A program made the translations under genes and the position numbers. Positions 38,984-48,813 of a stretch of DNA of 64,000 bases are shown here, piece by piece. Source of the stretch: Gammaproteobacteria bacterium (GTDB lineage: Bacteria; Pseudomonadota; Gammaproteobacteria; JAJFKG01); contig JAJFKG010000051.1 of assembly GCA_021773335.1 (NCBI GenBank), positions 133,985-197,984 of the forward strand, given 5' to 3'. A model generated the notes under the pieces. The model had not been told where the DNA came from. It ran no database searches and saw only the letters and a program-made list of their open reading frames with translations. Every line of letters begins with the position of its first letter. Position 1 is the first letter of the stretch.

Positions 38984-39931
38984 GTGATGTACGGTAGTTT
39001 TTCTAGCATAACTGAGTGGACTAAAAAAGGTAAACGAAAAAGCACCCAAGAGGTGTATGGCGAGAATGAGCACCATGCTTCTTCATCGAGCAGCAGTGGA
39101 GAAGAAGAGAGTAGTTTGCTTTATGATTTGGGACAGATGGGGTTTTTGCCTCCCTCCCCTGCTTCCTCTGAGGAAGAGGATACTTTTTCGTTCTCTACGT
39201 ACTTGGGCGAGGATCCGAGTAACATAATTTATTCTCCTTCTTATAATAAGTGCATGGCATCGGGTAGCAGTACTACAAATGACAAGAGCAACCGCGTACG
39301 AGAAGCGGTTCAACGAAAGCAAAAAACGCGTGATGATATTCGTGTCCTTTTTGAGTTTGCGCGAGAAAAGAAAATGTGGGCAACTCTGGAATATGCCATA
39401 AAATGTTTAGAAGAAAGTAAGATTGATGTCGATCAAGACATTAAAAAGCTATTCAAACAGTTTCTAAACAATGCAGACATATCTTTAAGAAACATGGCAT
39501 CACTATTAGAGCTAGAAGCAGAGTTATTTAGAACGATTGATGATCATCCTTTACTCCGAACTTATCTTGAAACTACACCAACGCTTTCTTTTCAGCTAAT
39601 GGTCAAGCTAATCGATCACGAGGTCAAAAAGTTTAGAAAGGCTGAGTCAAGCATAAACTATCAGACGAGTGCAAACAAGATTGGGCGTTTACGGGTAATA
39701 TGTGCGTTAATTAGTATCGAGGGAGAAAAGGTTGATATAACCATAGGTGCAGGCAGTAACAGGGGTAAAGTGGGTAAATTTGAGTACCTTAAAGAGGCAA
39801 TGAAATTGCTTGGTAATTCTCCAAACATGGTAGCAGCGGTTGAGGCGCTAAAGAGAAAGCTAGTTGATGATAGCGAGGCTGATCAAATTTGCAATGCCAC
39901 TGAAAATCAGTCGACTTTCAACCTAAGGTAA
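38984..39931 (+). CDS. orphan protein (315 aa) with acidic/Ser-rich N-terminal region
   Basis: Divergent from the previous gene across a 350-bp AT-rich spacer. No domain recognised. Confidence 0.55.
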   Translation: MMYGSFSSITEWTKKGKRKSTQEVYGENEHHASSSSSSGEEESSLLYDLGQMGFLPPSPASSEEEDTFSFSTYLGEDPSNIIYSPSYNKCMASGSSTTNDKSNRVREAVQRKQKTRDDIRVLFEFAREKKMWATLEYAIKCLEESKIDVDQDIKKLFKQFLNNADISLRNMASLLELEAELFRTIDDHPLLRTYLETTPTLSFQLMVKLIDHEVKKFRKAESSINYQTSANKIGRLRVICALISIEGEKVDITIGAGSNRGKVGKFEYLKEAMKLLGNSPNMVAAVEALKRKLVDDSEADQICNATENQSTFNLR

Positions 39932-39941
39932 ATGTTGCTCG

Positions 39942-41057
39942 CTATTCTGAATTTGACAAATTGCCTGAGTCTATCTTCAATCGACGCTCATTCGCATGCC
40001 GTTCTAAGGCTAAGTCAATCAAACGATCAATCAACTGCGGATACGCTAAACCACTGGCTTCCCATAGTTTCGGGTACATACTGATGTTGGTAAAACCAGG
40101 GATTGGATTCACTTCATTAAGATAGATACTACCATCGTTTCGCAAAAAGAAATCCACACGAGCCATACCTTGTAATTCTAATGCCATGAAAGCACGTACA
40201 GCTAATTGTTGAATCGTGTGGCGCGTCGCAACTGGAATGTCGGCGGGCACGCTTAGGCTAGCCCCATCTTCATCTAAGTATTTTGCCGCATACGAATAAA
40301 ATTCCTGATGCGTGATAACTTCACCGGGTAAGGCGGCGATGGGATTATCGTTGCCGAGCACGGAGCATTCGATCTCACGCCCTTCGATAAATTCTTCGAT
40401 TAACACCTTAGTATCATATTCTAAAGCAAGCTCTAGTGCGGGTTGCAACTCAGCAAGGGTTTTTACTTTACTAATTGCTACGGATGAACCTAAATGTGCG
40501 GGTTTAACAAAGCAAGGTAAACCTAATGTATTAACAATGGATTTTAAATTGATACATTTGAGTTTGTGTTTACTGACACTCATGAAGCGGACACTTTGAA
40601 TGCCAGCGTCACGCAGCAGGCGTTTAGTGACATCTTTATCCATACTTGCTGCACAGGCGAGGACATCGGCGCCCACAAAAGGAATATCGGCGAGCCGAAA
40701 TAGCCCTTGCACAGTGCCATCTTCACCAAGCGGGCCATGTAGCACCGGGAAGATCACATCTAGAGAGGTAATCGATTTATTGAGTTTTAAGTTAATTAAT
40801 TGCTGGTTATCACCGGGTAAAAGCGCGACGTTATCACTGTTGTTGTTGACGCGCAGCATTTTGGGATTGCTGGATTCGAGTAAAGATTGTGCCGATTCTT
40901 GTAAAAACCATTTGCCTTGTTTATCGATGCCGATCAGGGTGATAGCGTATTTGTCTTTATCGAGGGCTTCGATAACATTTTTTGCAGAGGCGACCGAGAC
41001 TTCGTGCTCGGCGGATTTGCCACCAAACAACACACCAACCTTGGTTTTTTTAGGCAT
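39942..41057 (-). CDS. ddl: D-alanine--D-alanine ligase
   Basis: 371 aa. N-terminus KVGVLFGGKSAEHEVS, ATP-grasp body. Confidence 0.9.
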   Translation of the reverse strand: MPKKTKVGVLFGGKSAEHEVSVASAKNVIEALDKDKYAITLIGIDKQGKWFLQESAQSLLESSNPKMLRVNNNSDNVALLPGDNQQLINLKLNKSITSLDVIFPVLHGPLGEDGTVQGLFRLADIPFVGADVLACAASMDKDVTKRLLRDAGIQSVRFMSVSKHKLKCINLKSIVNTLGLPCFVKPAHLGSSVAISKVKTLAELQPALELALEYDTKVLIEEFIEGREIECSVLGNDNPIAALPGEVITHQEFYSYAAKYLDEDGASLSVPADIPVATRHTIQQLAVRAFMALELQGMARVDFFLRNDGSIYLNEVNPIPGFTNISMYPKLWEASGLAYPQLIDRLIDLALERHANERRLKIDSGNLSNSE

Positions 41058-41224
41058 AATGATACTTTCCTTTCTTTTTTTAAAGAGTTAAATCTGTAGA
41101 TGAATTCAGAATAAGAGGCTGGTGGGGCCAGACTCAGTGTCATGGGAACAAAGTTTAACCTGAGAGGGATGGGTATACAAGCTTTTCTCTTGAAAAAGTG
41201 AGAGAAATGCAATGATATCCTAAT

Positions 41225-41440
41225 GTAGCCTATTGCCTTCTAGTCAAGCCCAGATGTAGCCCGGATAAGTTGCTACGCAACTTATCCGGGCTACGGCTTA
41301 CGTACGAACAAATGCTAATGTAGCCTTGATAAGCCGCGCAGCGGCGCATCAAGGAGCAGGGTTTGCTAATACATTCCCTTGATGCGCACTATGCGCTTAT
41401 CAAGGCTACATCTGGCCTTGACGCAAAGACAGTAGGCTAC
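41225..41440. repeat. BIME/REP-like composite element (copy 4) with TIRs gtagcctattgccttctagtcaag / cttgacgcaaagacagtaggctac
   Basis: Contains both palindrome types (cccggataag and ccttgataag). Intergenic, between ddl and nrdB. Confidence 0.75.
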
Positions 41441-41482
41441 ACAAGAACCAGGCTGCAATTTGCAGGATGACGAAGATGCCAC

Positions 41483-41529
41483 AAAAAAAGCAGAGGACTC
41501 AAGGCCACGAGTGGCAATCAATCCTCTGC
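41483..41529 (-). terminator. rho-independent terminator downstream of nrdB
   Basis: Minus-strand hairpin gcagagga-(24 nt)-tcctctgc followed by TTTTTTT, about 50 nt after the nrdB stop. Confidence 0.6.
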
Positions 41530-41579
41530 TCAACGTTAAACTGTCTACTCCGCCAGCTTAACTGAAGGCTTGACGATCC

Positions 41580-42932
41580 TTAGTCGTCCCAGCTTAAAGC
41601 GCCACCGGTTTGGTATTCAATCACACGGGTCTCAAAGAAATTTTTCTCTTTCTTCAAATCCACGACTTCACTCATCCATGGGAATGGGTTTTCAGCCTTA
41701 CCGTAGATAGGAGACAAACCGATTTGTGCACAACGACGATTAGCGATGAATTCCATATACTCTTTGAACATACCGGCATTCAAGCCCAACACACCGCGCG
41801 GCATGGTATCGACGGCATATTGATATTCGAGCTGCGTTGCTTCGTGAATCATGTCTTTGATTTCCGTTTGCAACTGAGCATCCCACAGGCCTGGATTTTC
41901 AACTTTAATTTGATTAATAACGTCAATACCAAAGTTCATATGCATCGATTCATCACGTAGGATGTATTGGATTTGCTCTGATGTGCCCGTCATCTTGTTG
42001 CGACGCCCGAACGAGAGTAATTGCACAAAGCCAACATAAAAGAAAATACCTTCAAACACGACATAAAAAGCCACGAGATCGCGCAGAAAGCGTTTCATCC
42101 CATCAGCACTATTGGTTGAGAAATTTGGATCATTGAGTGATTGCGTATACTTGAGTGCCCATGCCGCTTTATCATGTACCGAAGGAATTTCACGGTACAT
42201 ATTAAAGACTTCTGCTTCATCCAAACCAAGGCTTTCGACGGTGTAACTATAGCTATGTGTGTGTAGTGCTTCTTCGAACGCTTGGCGTAACAGATATTGA
42301 CGACATTCAGGATTGGTTAAAAAACGGTAAACGGCAAGCACTAAGTTGTTGGCTACCAACGAATCAGCCGTTGAGAAAAATCCCAGTGCGCGTTTGATGA
42401 TGACGCGCTCATCTTCACTTAAACCGTCGGGATCGCGCCACATGGCCACGTCTGCTGACATATTAATTTCATTCGGCATCCAATGGTTGGCGCAAGCATC
42501 TAAGTATTTTTGCCATGCCCAATTATATTTAAGTGGAAATAGCTGATTTAAATCGGCACGACAGTTAAGGAGTTTTTTGTCATCGACTTGAATGCGCTTG
42601 GCACCCATTTCAAGTTCCTCTAAACCGGTGATACCGCCCTGCGTCTGTGGGTGCGAGTTAGCAGTACCCGTGGTACCACCATCTTCGCCACCATCTTCGC
42701 CACCGTCTTCCTCTTCTGAATGGTTGCGTAGAATGGGCTTAGGATGCGTTGTTTGTGCATGTTGGCGTAGTTTTTCTGCCAGCTGTTGGTCCAATACCGG
42801 CGCAGGCGCACTTGGCATTTTTGCTGGTGACTCTTGGGATTGCGCTGCAAGCACATCTTCGGGATTAGCAACAGGTGGTGAAGCGACTGCAGTATTATCA
42901 TCATCAAATGAAAATTTATCCCAATTTAACAT
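41580..42932 (-). CDS. nrdB: ribonucleoside-diphosphate reductase beta subunit, class Ia (Pseudomonas-type long form with low-complexity insert)
   Basis: N-terminus [12 protein letters not shown] (P. aeruginosa MLSWDEFDKED). C-terminus collinear (…[15 protein letters not shown]). Extra insert [17 protein letters not shown]. Confidence 0.9.
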   Translation of the reverse strand: MLNWDKFSFDDDNTAVASPPVANPEDVLAAQSQESPAKMPSAPAPVLDQQLAEKLRQHAQTTHPKPILRNHSEEEDGGEDGGEDGGTTGTANSHPQTQGGITGLEELEMGAKRIQVDDKKLLNCRADLNQLFPLKYNWAWQKYLDACANHWMPNEINMSADVAMWRDPDGLSEDERVIIKRALGFFSTADSLVANNLVLAVYRFLTNPECRQYLLRQAFEEALHTHSYSYTVESLGLDEAEVFNMYREIPSVHDKAAWALKYTQSLNDPNFSTNSADGMKRFLRDLVAFYVVFEGIFFYVGFVQLLSFGRRNKMTGTSEQIQYILRDESMHMNFGIDVINQIKVENPGLWDAQLQTEIKDMIHEATQLEYQYAVDTMPRGVLGLNAGMFKEYMEFIANRRCAQIGLSPIYGKAENPFPWMSEVVDLKKEKNFFETRVIEYQTGGALSWDD

Positions 42933-42989
42933 TATTTACTCCTCTCTATCAGATATTCTCTTCCGTGACATTAAATCTGTAACAAAATC

Positions 42990-45860
42990 CTATTCGCACG
43001 CTTCACAACTTGGATCATCGATGGGACACAATTGTGGTTGTGACGAATCGACATTAACCGCATTCAAGTTGCCGGTATGCATAGTTGATTTTTCGGTATT
43101 GGTGGCGCCAAGACTACGTAAATAATAAGTTGTCTTGAGCCCGCGGATCCATGCCATGCGATAAATTGCATCGAGCTTTTTACCGGATGGATTCGCCAAG
43201 TATAAATTGAGTGATTGTGCTTGATCGATCCATTTTTGGCGACGTGAAGCACACTCGATCAACCAGCGCGGGTCGATTTCAAATGCGGTGGCATAACGTT
43301 GTTTGAGTCCTGCTGGTATGCGATCAATGCTTTGTACGCTACCATCATAGTATTTCAAATCATTGATCATGACTTCATCCCATAAGCCCAACGCTTTGAG
43401 TTCATTGATCAAGTAGAGATTCACCACAGTGAATTCACCGGATAAGTTCGATTTTACATACAGGTTCTGATAGGTTGGTTCGATCGATTGTGACACGCCA
43501 CAGATATTGGATATCGTGGCGGTGGGAGCGATCGCCATGGTGTTAGAGTTGCGCATACCAACGGTCCGGACTTTGGTGCGTAAAGCATCCCAATCTAAGG
43601 TTGTACTGGTATCTTGATCGAAATATTTATCACCGCGTGCTTCGCGTACAAATTTTATTGAATCAATAGGCAAAATGCCTTTGCTCCATAGCGAGCCTTC
43701 GTAACTTGCATAGTTACCACGTTCAGCCGCTAAGCCGCTGGAGGCATCGATCGCACAATAGCTAATGAGTTCCATGGAGCGATCGGCAAATTCCACCGCT
43801 TGTTCATTACTGTACGTGATACCGAGTTTGTAGAGTGCATCTTGAAAGCCCATAACCCCTAAACCAATGGGGCGGTGACGTAAGTTAGAGCGCCGCGCTT
43901 GTGGTACGGAGTAATAATTAATGTCGATAACATTATCTAACATGCGGATGGCGGTCTTAACGGTACGACGCAACTTATCTTCATCCAAACCTTTGTCATT
44001 AATGTGCTGAGGTAAATTGATACTGCCTAGATTACATACCGCAATTTCTTCTTGTGAAGTATTCAACGTGATCTCTGTGCATAGGTTTGAACTGTGGATC
44101 ACGCCAACATGCTGCTGCGGAGAGCGTAAGTTACACACGTCTTTGAAGGTTATCCAAGGATGGCCTGTTTCAAATAACATGCTTAGCATTTTACGCCATA
44201 GCTTGATCGCGGGGATTTTTTCAAAATTACGGATTTCACCAGCTGCCGCTTTAGTTTCATAAGTGACGTAAGCGTGTTCAAAGGCTTTGCCGTATAAATC
44301 GTGTAAGTCAGGGGCTTCATCCGGTGAAAACAATGTCCAATCTTTTTCTTCCATTACACGCTGCATAAATAAATCCGGCACCCAATTGGCGGTATTCATA
44401 TCATGCGTACGGCGACGTTCATCACCTGTGTTTTTACGTAATTCGAGATAATCTTCAACGTCGCGATGCCATGATTCTAAATAAGCGCAGACAGCCCCTT
44501 TGCGTTTGCCGCCCTGATTGACGGCAACCGCAGTAGCATTCGCTACATTCAGAAAGGGGATGGGGCCGAGCGATTTACCATTGGTACCTTTAATATGGGC
44601 GCCCATGCCACGCACGGACGTCCAATCATTACCGAGCCCGCCGGCGAATTTGGATAGCAATGCATTATCCTTAATTGCACCATAGATGCCATCCAAATCG
44701 TCGGGTACTGTTGTTAGGAAACAACTTGAAAGTTGCGGGCGCAGGGTTCCAGAATTAAATAGGGTCGGGGTTGAACTCATATAATCGAAAGATGAGAGCA
44801 AGCGGTAGAATTCGATTGCGCGTGCATTTTTATCGTCTTCACGAATAGCCAAGCCCATGGCGACGCGCATAAAGAAGGCTTGGGGTAGTTCAAAGCGAGT
44901 ATTTTCACTATGAATAAAATAACGATCATACAGTGTTTGTAGGCCAAGATAAGTAAATTGAAAATCACGTTCAGACTCGATTGCTTTACTCAACTTATCC
45001 AAGTCAAACTCAAGCAACTGCGGGTCTATTAATTCTAGGTCGACACCGCGTTGAATATATTGTTGTAGATACTTGGGGTATAATTTTTTCATTTCTGCGG
45101 CAGTGGCGCTGGTGCCTAAGCCAAGAAAGTTGAGTGCTTCACTGCGCAAATCATTCAACAATAAACGGGCGGCAACATAAGTGTAATCTGGCTCTTTTTC
45201 GATGAGTGGACGTGCACTCATAATCAATGCCTTATTGACGTCAGCAAAGGGAATGCCGTCAAAGATGTTGCGCAAGGTATCTTGTATGATCATATCGGCA
45301 TTGACATCGGTCAAGCCTGAACAGGCTTCTTTGACAGTTTTGCTTAAACGTTTGGTATCTAAGGCTTGTGGCTTACCGCTAGGCATTAATACCTTAATGC
45401 CCGCACCTAGGTCACCACTGCCTTCGCCGCCGTCATCGGCTTCTTCTTGCTCGCGCTGTTTACGGCGTTCTTCACGATAAAGAACATATGCACGCGCCAC
45501 TTTATGATGGCCATCACGCATCAGCGCGAGTTCGACTTGATCTTGAATTTGCTCAATATGAATGGTGCCACTATTGGCGGTACGGCGTTTAAAAATATCG
45601 GTAATCGTAGTACTGAGTTTGGCGACAATATCATGGATACGGTTAGATGCAGCAGCACTACCATCTTGCTCAACCGCAAGAAATGCTTTGGTCATAGCGA
45701 CTGTGATTTTTGATTCGTCATAAGGCATAACGGTGCCGTTACGGCGAATTACTCGCAGCTGCCCTGGTGCGGTTGCTAGGACGTTATTTGTGGCATCACT
45801 ATTATTTTCTACAAGCTGTGAGGTGGGTTGATTGCTGAGCGTAATTGTCTCCGTTTCCAT
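42990..45860 (-). CDS. nrdA: ribonucleoside-diphosphate reductase alpha subunit, class Ia (long form)
   Basis: 956 aa. Active-site region with SNLCTEI. C-terminal CxxC tail (…DDPSCEACE). Confidence 0.95.
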   Translation of the reverse strand: METETITLSNQPTSQLVENNSDATNNVLATAPGQLRVIRRNGTVMPYDESKITVAMTKAFLAVEQDGSAAASNRIHDIVAKLSTTITDIFKRRTANSGTIHIEQIQDQVELALMRDGHHKVARAYVLYREERRKQREQEEADDGGEGSGDLGAGIKVLMPSGKPQALDTKRLSKTVKEACSGLTDVNADMIIQDTLRNIFDGIPFADVNKALIMSARPLIEKEPDYTYVAARLLLNDLRSEALNFLGLGTSATAAEMKKLYPKYLQQYIQRGVDLELIDPQLLEFDLDKLSKAIESERDFQFTYLGLQTLYDRYFIHSENTRFELPQAFFMRVAMGLAIREDDKNARAIEFYRLLSSFDYMSSTPTLFNSGTLRPQLSSCFLTTVPDDLDGIYGAIKDNALLSKFAGGLGNDWTSVRGMGAHIKGTNGKSLGPIPFLNVANATAVAVNQGGKRKGAVCAYLESWHRDVEDYLELRKNTGDERRRTHDMNTANWVPDLFMQRVMEEKDWTLFSPDEAPDLHDLYGKAFEHAYVTYETKAAAGEIRNFEKIPAIKLWRKMLSMLFETGHPWITFKDVCNLRSPQQHVGVIHSSNLCTEITLNTSQEEIAVCNLGSINLPQHINDKGLDEDKLRRTVKTAIRMLDNVIDINYYSVPQARRSNLRHRPIGLGVMGFQDALYKLGITYSNEQAVEFADRSMELISYCAIDASSGLAAERGNYASYEGSLWSKGILPIDSIKFVREARGDKYFDQDTSTTLDWDALRTKVRTVGMRNSNTMAIAPTATISNICGVSQSIEPTYQNLYVKSNLSGEFTVVNLYLINELKALGLWDEVMINDLKYYDGSVQSIDRIPAGLKQRYATAFEIDPRWLIECASRRQKWIDQAQSLNLYLANPSGKKLDAIYRMAWIRGLKTTYYLRSLGATNTEKSTMHTGNLNAVNVDSSQPQLCPIDDPSCEACE

Positions 45861-45936
45861 GCTTTCTCCGGTGCAATAATTGTTCGTTTTGTTCCATGCA
45901 GTGGCGCCTTTGTGAAAACTCTAATCAGAGGTAAAC

Positions 45937-45952
45937 CCCAATATATAGGTGT
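45937..45952 (-). promoter_or_regulatory. candidate NrdR box upstream of nrdAB
   Basis: Minus-strand acacctatatattggg resembles the acacNatatatNgtgt consensus (about 12/16). Only one box found. Confidence 0.3.
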
Positions 45953-46177
45953 CTGTGCCACTTATCGGTACAAGATAGAGGGTATTCTGCCAAAAAGCAA
46001 GGCAACATTATGCGGAAAAAGTGTGAGTAAATTCAGGTAATAATTTAAACGATTAGTGCCTCCTGTAATTACAACTAGTTAGCGTTACATTGTTTTAAAT
46101 ATGATAAGAAATGATAACTTATAGGACAATCATGCGCGGCTAGGTATAAGCTTACAGCCGCGCAGATTGGTTGGGAT

Positions 46178-47335
46178 TCAGCCTAATGCTTGTTCGAGGT
46201 CGGCTACTAAGTCATCAACTGATTCGATGCCGATAGAGATACGCACGAAGGTGTCACGAATCCCTAATTCCGCACGACGCGGCGCAGGGATCGAGGCATG
46301 TGTCATGATGCCGGGATGTTCGATCAAACTTTCCACGCCACCTAAACTTTCTGCGAGTGCGAAGATTTGACAACGTTCTAAGAAACGGCGTGTTTCATCT
46401 AAGCCACCTTTAATGTCAACACTGACGATACCACCGAAGCCTTGCATTTGTCGTTTTGCAAGGTCATGTTCTGGATGGTTGGGCAATCCTGGATAGTAAA
46501 CTCGTTCGACCTTTGGGTGTTGGCTGAGCCACTCCGCAATATGTAACGCACTTTGACAATGTTGCTGCATGCGTAGGGCTAAGGTTTTTAATCCGCGTAA
46601 TGCCAGGAAACTATCAAAGGGGCCGGCGATGGCACCGATGGAATTTTGTAAAAATCCCATTTGTTCGATCAACTCAGCATTGTCACCAACGACGGCAATG
46701 CCGCCGACCATATCAGAATGTCCATTTAAATATTTTGTGGCGGAATGTATAACAATATCAAACCCAAATTCGAGTGGGCGCTGGATACAAGGCGTTGCGA
46801 AAGTATTATCGGCAACGGCTATGATGTTTTTATCTTTAACTAGTTTGGCAACGGCCTCGAGATCGACAACCTTAAGTAATGGGTTGGTGGGTGTTTCTAC
46901 CCAAATCATGCGCGTATTTGGCTGTATAGCCGCTTCTAGAGCGTTTAAGTCACGCATATCGACGAAGCTGAAATCGAGGTTTGCTGAGCGTTTACGCACG
47001 TTTTCAAACAGACGATAGCTACCACCGTATATATCATCCATCGCAACGATGTGATCACCCGAATTTAATAACTCAAGTATGGTTGCAGTTGCCGCCATGC
47101 CGGATGCGAATGCGAAACCAGCTTTGCCACTTTCTAGATCAGCGACACAACGTTCGTATGCCATGCGCGTTGGATTTTGACTGCGCGAGTATTCATAACC
47201 TTGATGCTCACCAGGACTCTTTTGTACATAAGTCGACGTAGCGTAAATGGGCGGCATGATGGCGCCAGTGCTGGGGTCGGGAGTTTGCCCGGCGTGAATA
47301 ACACGTGTGGCAATATCGAGTTGTTTATTTGTCAT
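46178..47335 (-). CDS. cystathionine gamma-lyase / gamma-synthase family PLP enzyme (Cys/Met metabolism)
   Basis: 385 aa. The PLP-lysine region IVIHSATKYLNGHSD (SxTKY) is typical of the CGS/CGL/CBL family. 4-bp overlap with the upstream CBS gene. Confidence 0.8.
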   Translation of the reverse strand: MTNKQLDIATRVIHAGQTPDPSTGAIMPPIYATSTYVQKSPGEHQGYEYSRSQNPTRMAYERCVADLESGKAGFAFASGMAATATILELLNSGDHIVAMDDIYGGSYRLFENVRKRSANLDFSFVDMRDLNALEAAIQPNTRMIWVETPTNPLLKVVDLEAVAKLVKDKNIIAVADNTFATPCIQRPLEFGFDIVIHSATKYLNGHSDMVGGIAVVGDNAELIEQMGFLQNSIGAIAGPFDSFLALRGLKTLALRMQQHCQSALHIAEWLSQHPKVERVYYPGLPNHPEHDLAKRQMQGFGGIVSVDIKGGLDETRRFLERCQIFALAESLGGVESLIEHPGIMTHASIPAPRRAELGIRDTFVRISIGIESVDDLVADLEQALG

Positions 47336-48699
47336 GAGATTTTCCTACGTAAGTAATTCAATAGATCGCTGCGAGTAATAATGCCGAGGAATTCATCGCC
47401 ATGCATGACGATGGCAACATGGTCTTTGGCAAATGTTTGCAGTAATTGTTTGATGGGTGCGGTGTGGACAACGACATCCAGTTTTTTAGTCATGTACTTG
47501 CTAACAGGATCACGAAAATGTTCAGGGTGATCATTGACTGCAAGCAAGATATCAGATTCATCGATGATGCCACAGATATGATCATCTTGTAACACAGGTA
47601 GCTGTGAAATGTCATGCATTTTCATGCGTGTTTGCGCTGCAATTAGCGTTTCATCGGGGGTTGCTACCACAGTTTCATGCTTGCGATGCAAGCGCGAGAT
47701 TAAATCACGCAAATCACCATAGTGCTTGCGCTCGATGAAGCCTTGATCCAGCATCCAATGATCATTATACATCTTCGAAATATATTTATTGCCACTGTCA
47801 GGGATGATGGCAACGACACGTTTACATTCTGTTTGGCTACGACAATAATGTAACGCAGCGGCAAGGATGGTGCCTGATGAAGAGCCGACAAAAATACCTT
47901 CTCTTGCCAATAGTTCACGACCCGTGGCAAATGAGAGTTGATCCGAAATGCTGTAAGCGCGATCGACCAGACTTAAATCGCAAATGTCTGGAATAAAGTC
48001 TTCGCCGATACCCTCTACTTGCCAGCTACCGGCTTCGCGCATCACGCCTTCATTGACATAATCTGCTAATACTGAACCTTCGGGATCAGCGAGAATGACC
48101 TGTGTTTTTTCCGACATTTTCTTTAAATAACTACCAACGCCGGTGAGGGTGCCACCGGTGCCAACACCGCAGACAAAAGCATCGATATTATGTTCCATCT
48201 GTTGCCAAATTTCAGGGCCGGTACCTTCGACGTGTGCTTGCACGTTAGCAGGATTTGCAAATTGATTCACGTAAAAAGCATTTGGTGTCTCTTGCGCAAT
48301 ACGTGCAGCATAATCTTGATAATATTCAGGATGACCTTTAACGACGTCAGAGCGTGTCATTAATACTTCAGCACCCATGGCTTGTAGGTGAAATACTTTT
48401 TCTTGGCTCATTTTATCGGGAATTACGATCAAGAGCTTATAGCCTTTTTGCGCGGCGACTAGCGCGAGACCGAGACCAGTGTTGCCGGCAGTGGCTTCGA
48501 TGAGAGTGCCACCTGGTTGAATTAAGCCATCACGTTCAGCAGTTTGCACCATCGATAGCGCGATACGATCTTTAATGGACCCCCCGGGATTGTGATATTC
48601 CAGTTTCGCAAAGAGACGACAGGGCCCTGTATCAATATTGCGCAATTCTTGTAGGGGCGTGTTGCCAATCGAGTCGAGGATATTGCTTGCGAACGTCAT
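47332..48699 (-). CDS. cystathionine beta-synthase (bacterial, heme-less; PALP domain plus C-terminal CBS pair)
   Basis: 455 aa. PLP-lysine region GGSIKDR. CBS-domain pair at the C-terminus. Confidence 0.8.
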   Translation of the reverse strand: MTFASNILDSIGNTPLQELRNIDTGPCRLFAKLEYHNPGGSIKDRIALSMVQTAERDGLIQPGGTLIEATAGNTGLGLALVAAQKGYKLLIVIPDKMSQEKVFHLQAMGAEVLMTRSDVVKGHPEYYQDYAARIAQETPNAFYVNQFANPANVQAHVEGTGPEIWQQMEHNIDAFVCGVGTGGTLTGVGSYLKKMSEKTQVILADPEGSVLADYVNEGVMREAGSWQVEGIGEDFIPDICDLSLVDRAYSISDQLSFATGRELLAREGIFVGSSSGTILAAALHYCRSQTECKRVVAIIPDSGNKYISKMYNDHWMLDQGFIERKHYGDLRDLISRLHRKHETVVATPDETLIAAQTRMKMHDISQLPVLQDDHICGIIDESDILLAVNDHPEHFRDPVSKYMTKKLDVVVHTAPIKQLLQTFAKDHVAIVMHGDEFLGIITRSDLLNYLRRKIS

Positions 48700-48813
48700 G
48701 AGGGGTCCTGATTTTTATAAATGGGCGCCTATTATAATCGGGACGGGGGCTGAGCCCCAGTGCGAAGTTAAAAAATGTCTGTGAATAAATTTTTTGTTCA
48801 AAAAATAGCCCAT

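Noticed and set aside
46134-46163. GC-rich hairpin (gcgcggc…gccgcgc) after the CGL gene as terminator
   Set aside because: Stem is good, but there is no U-tract on the relevant strand and the loop is long (16 nt). Possibly a terminator, but too weak to list as a feature.
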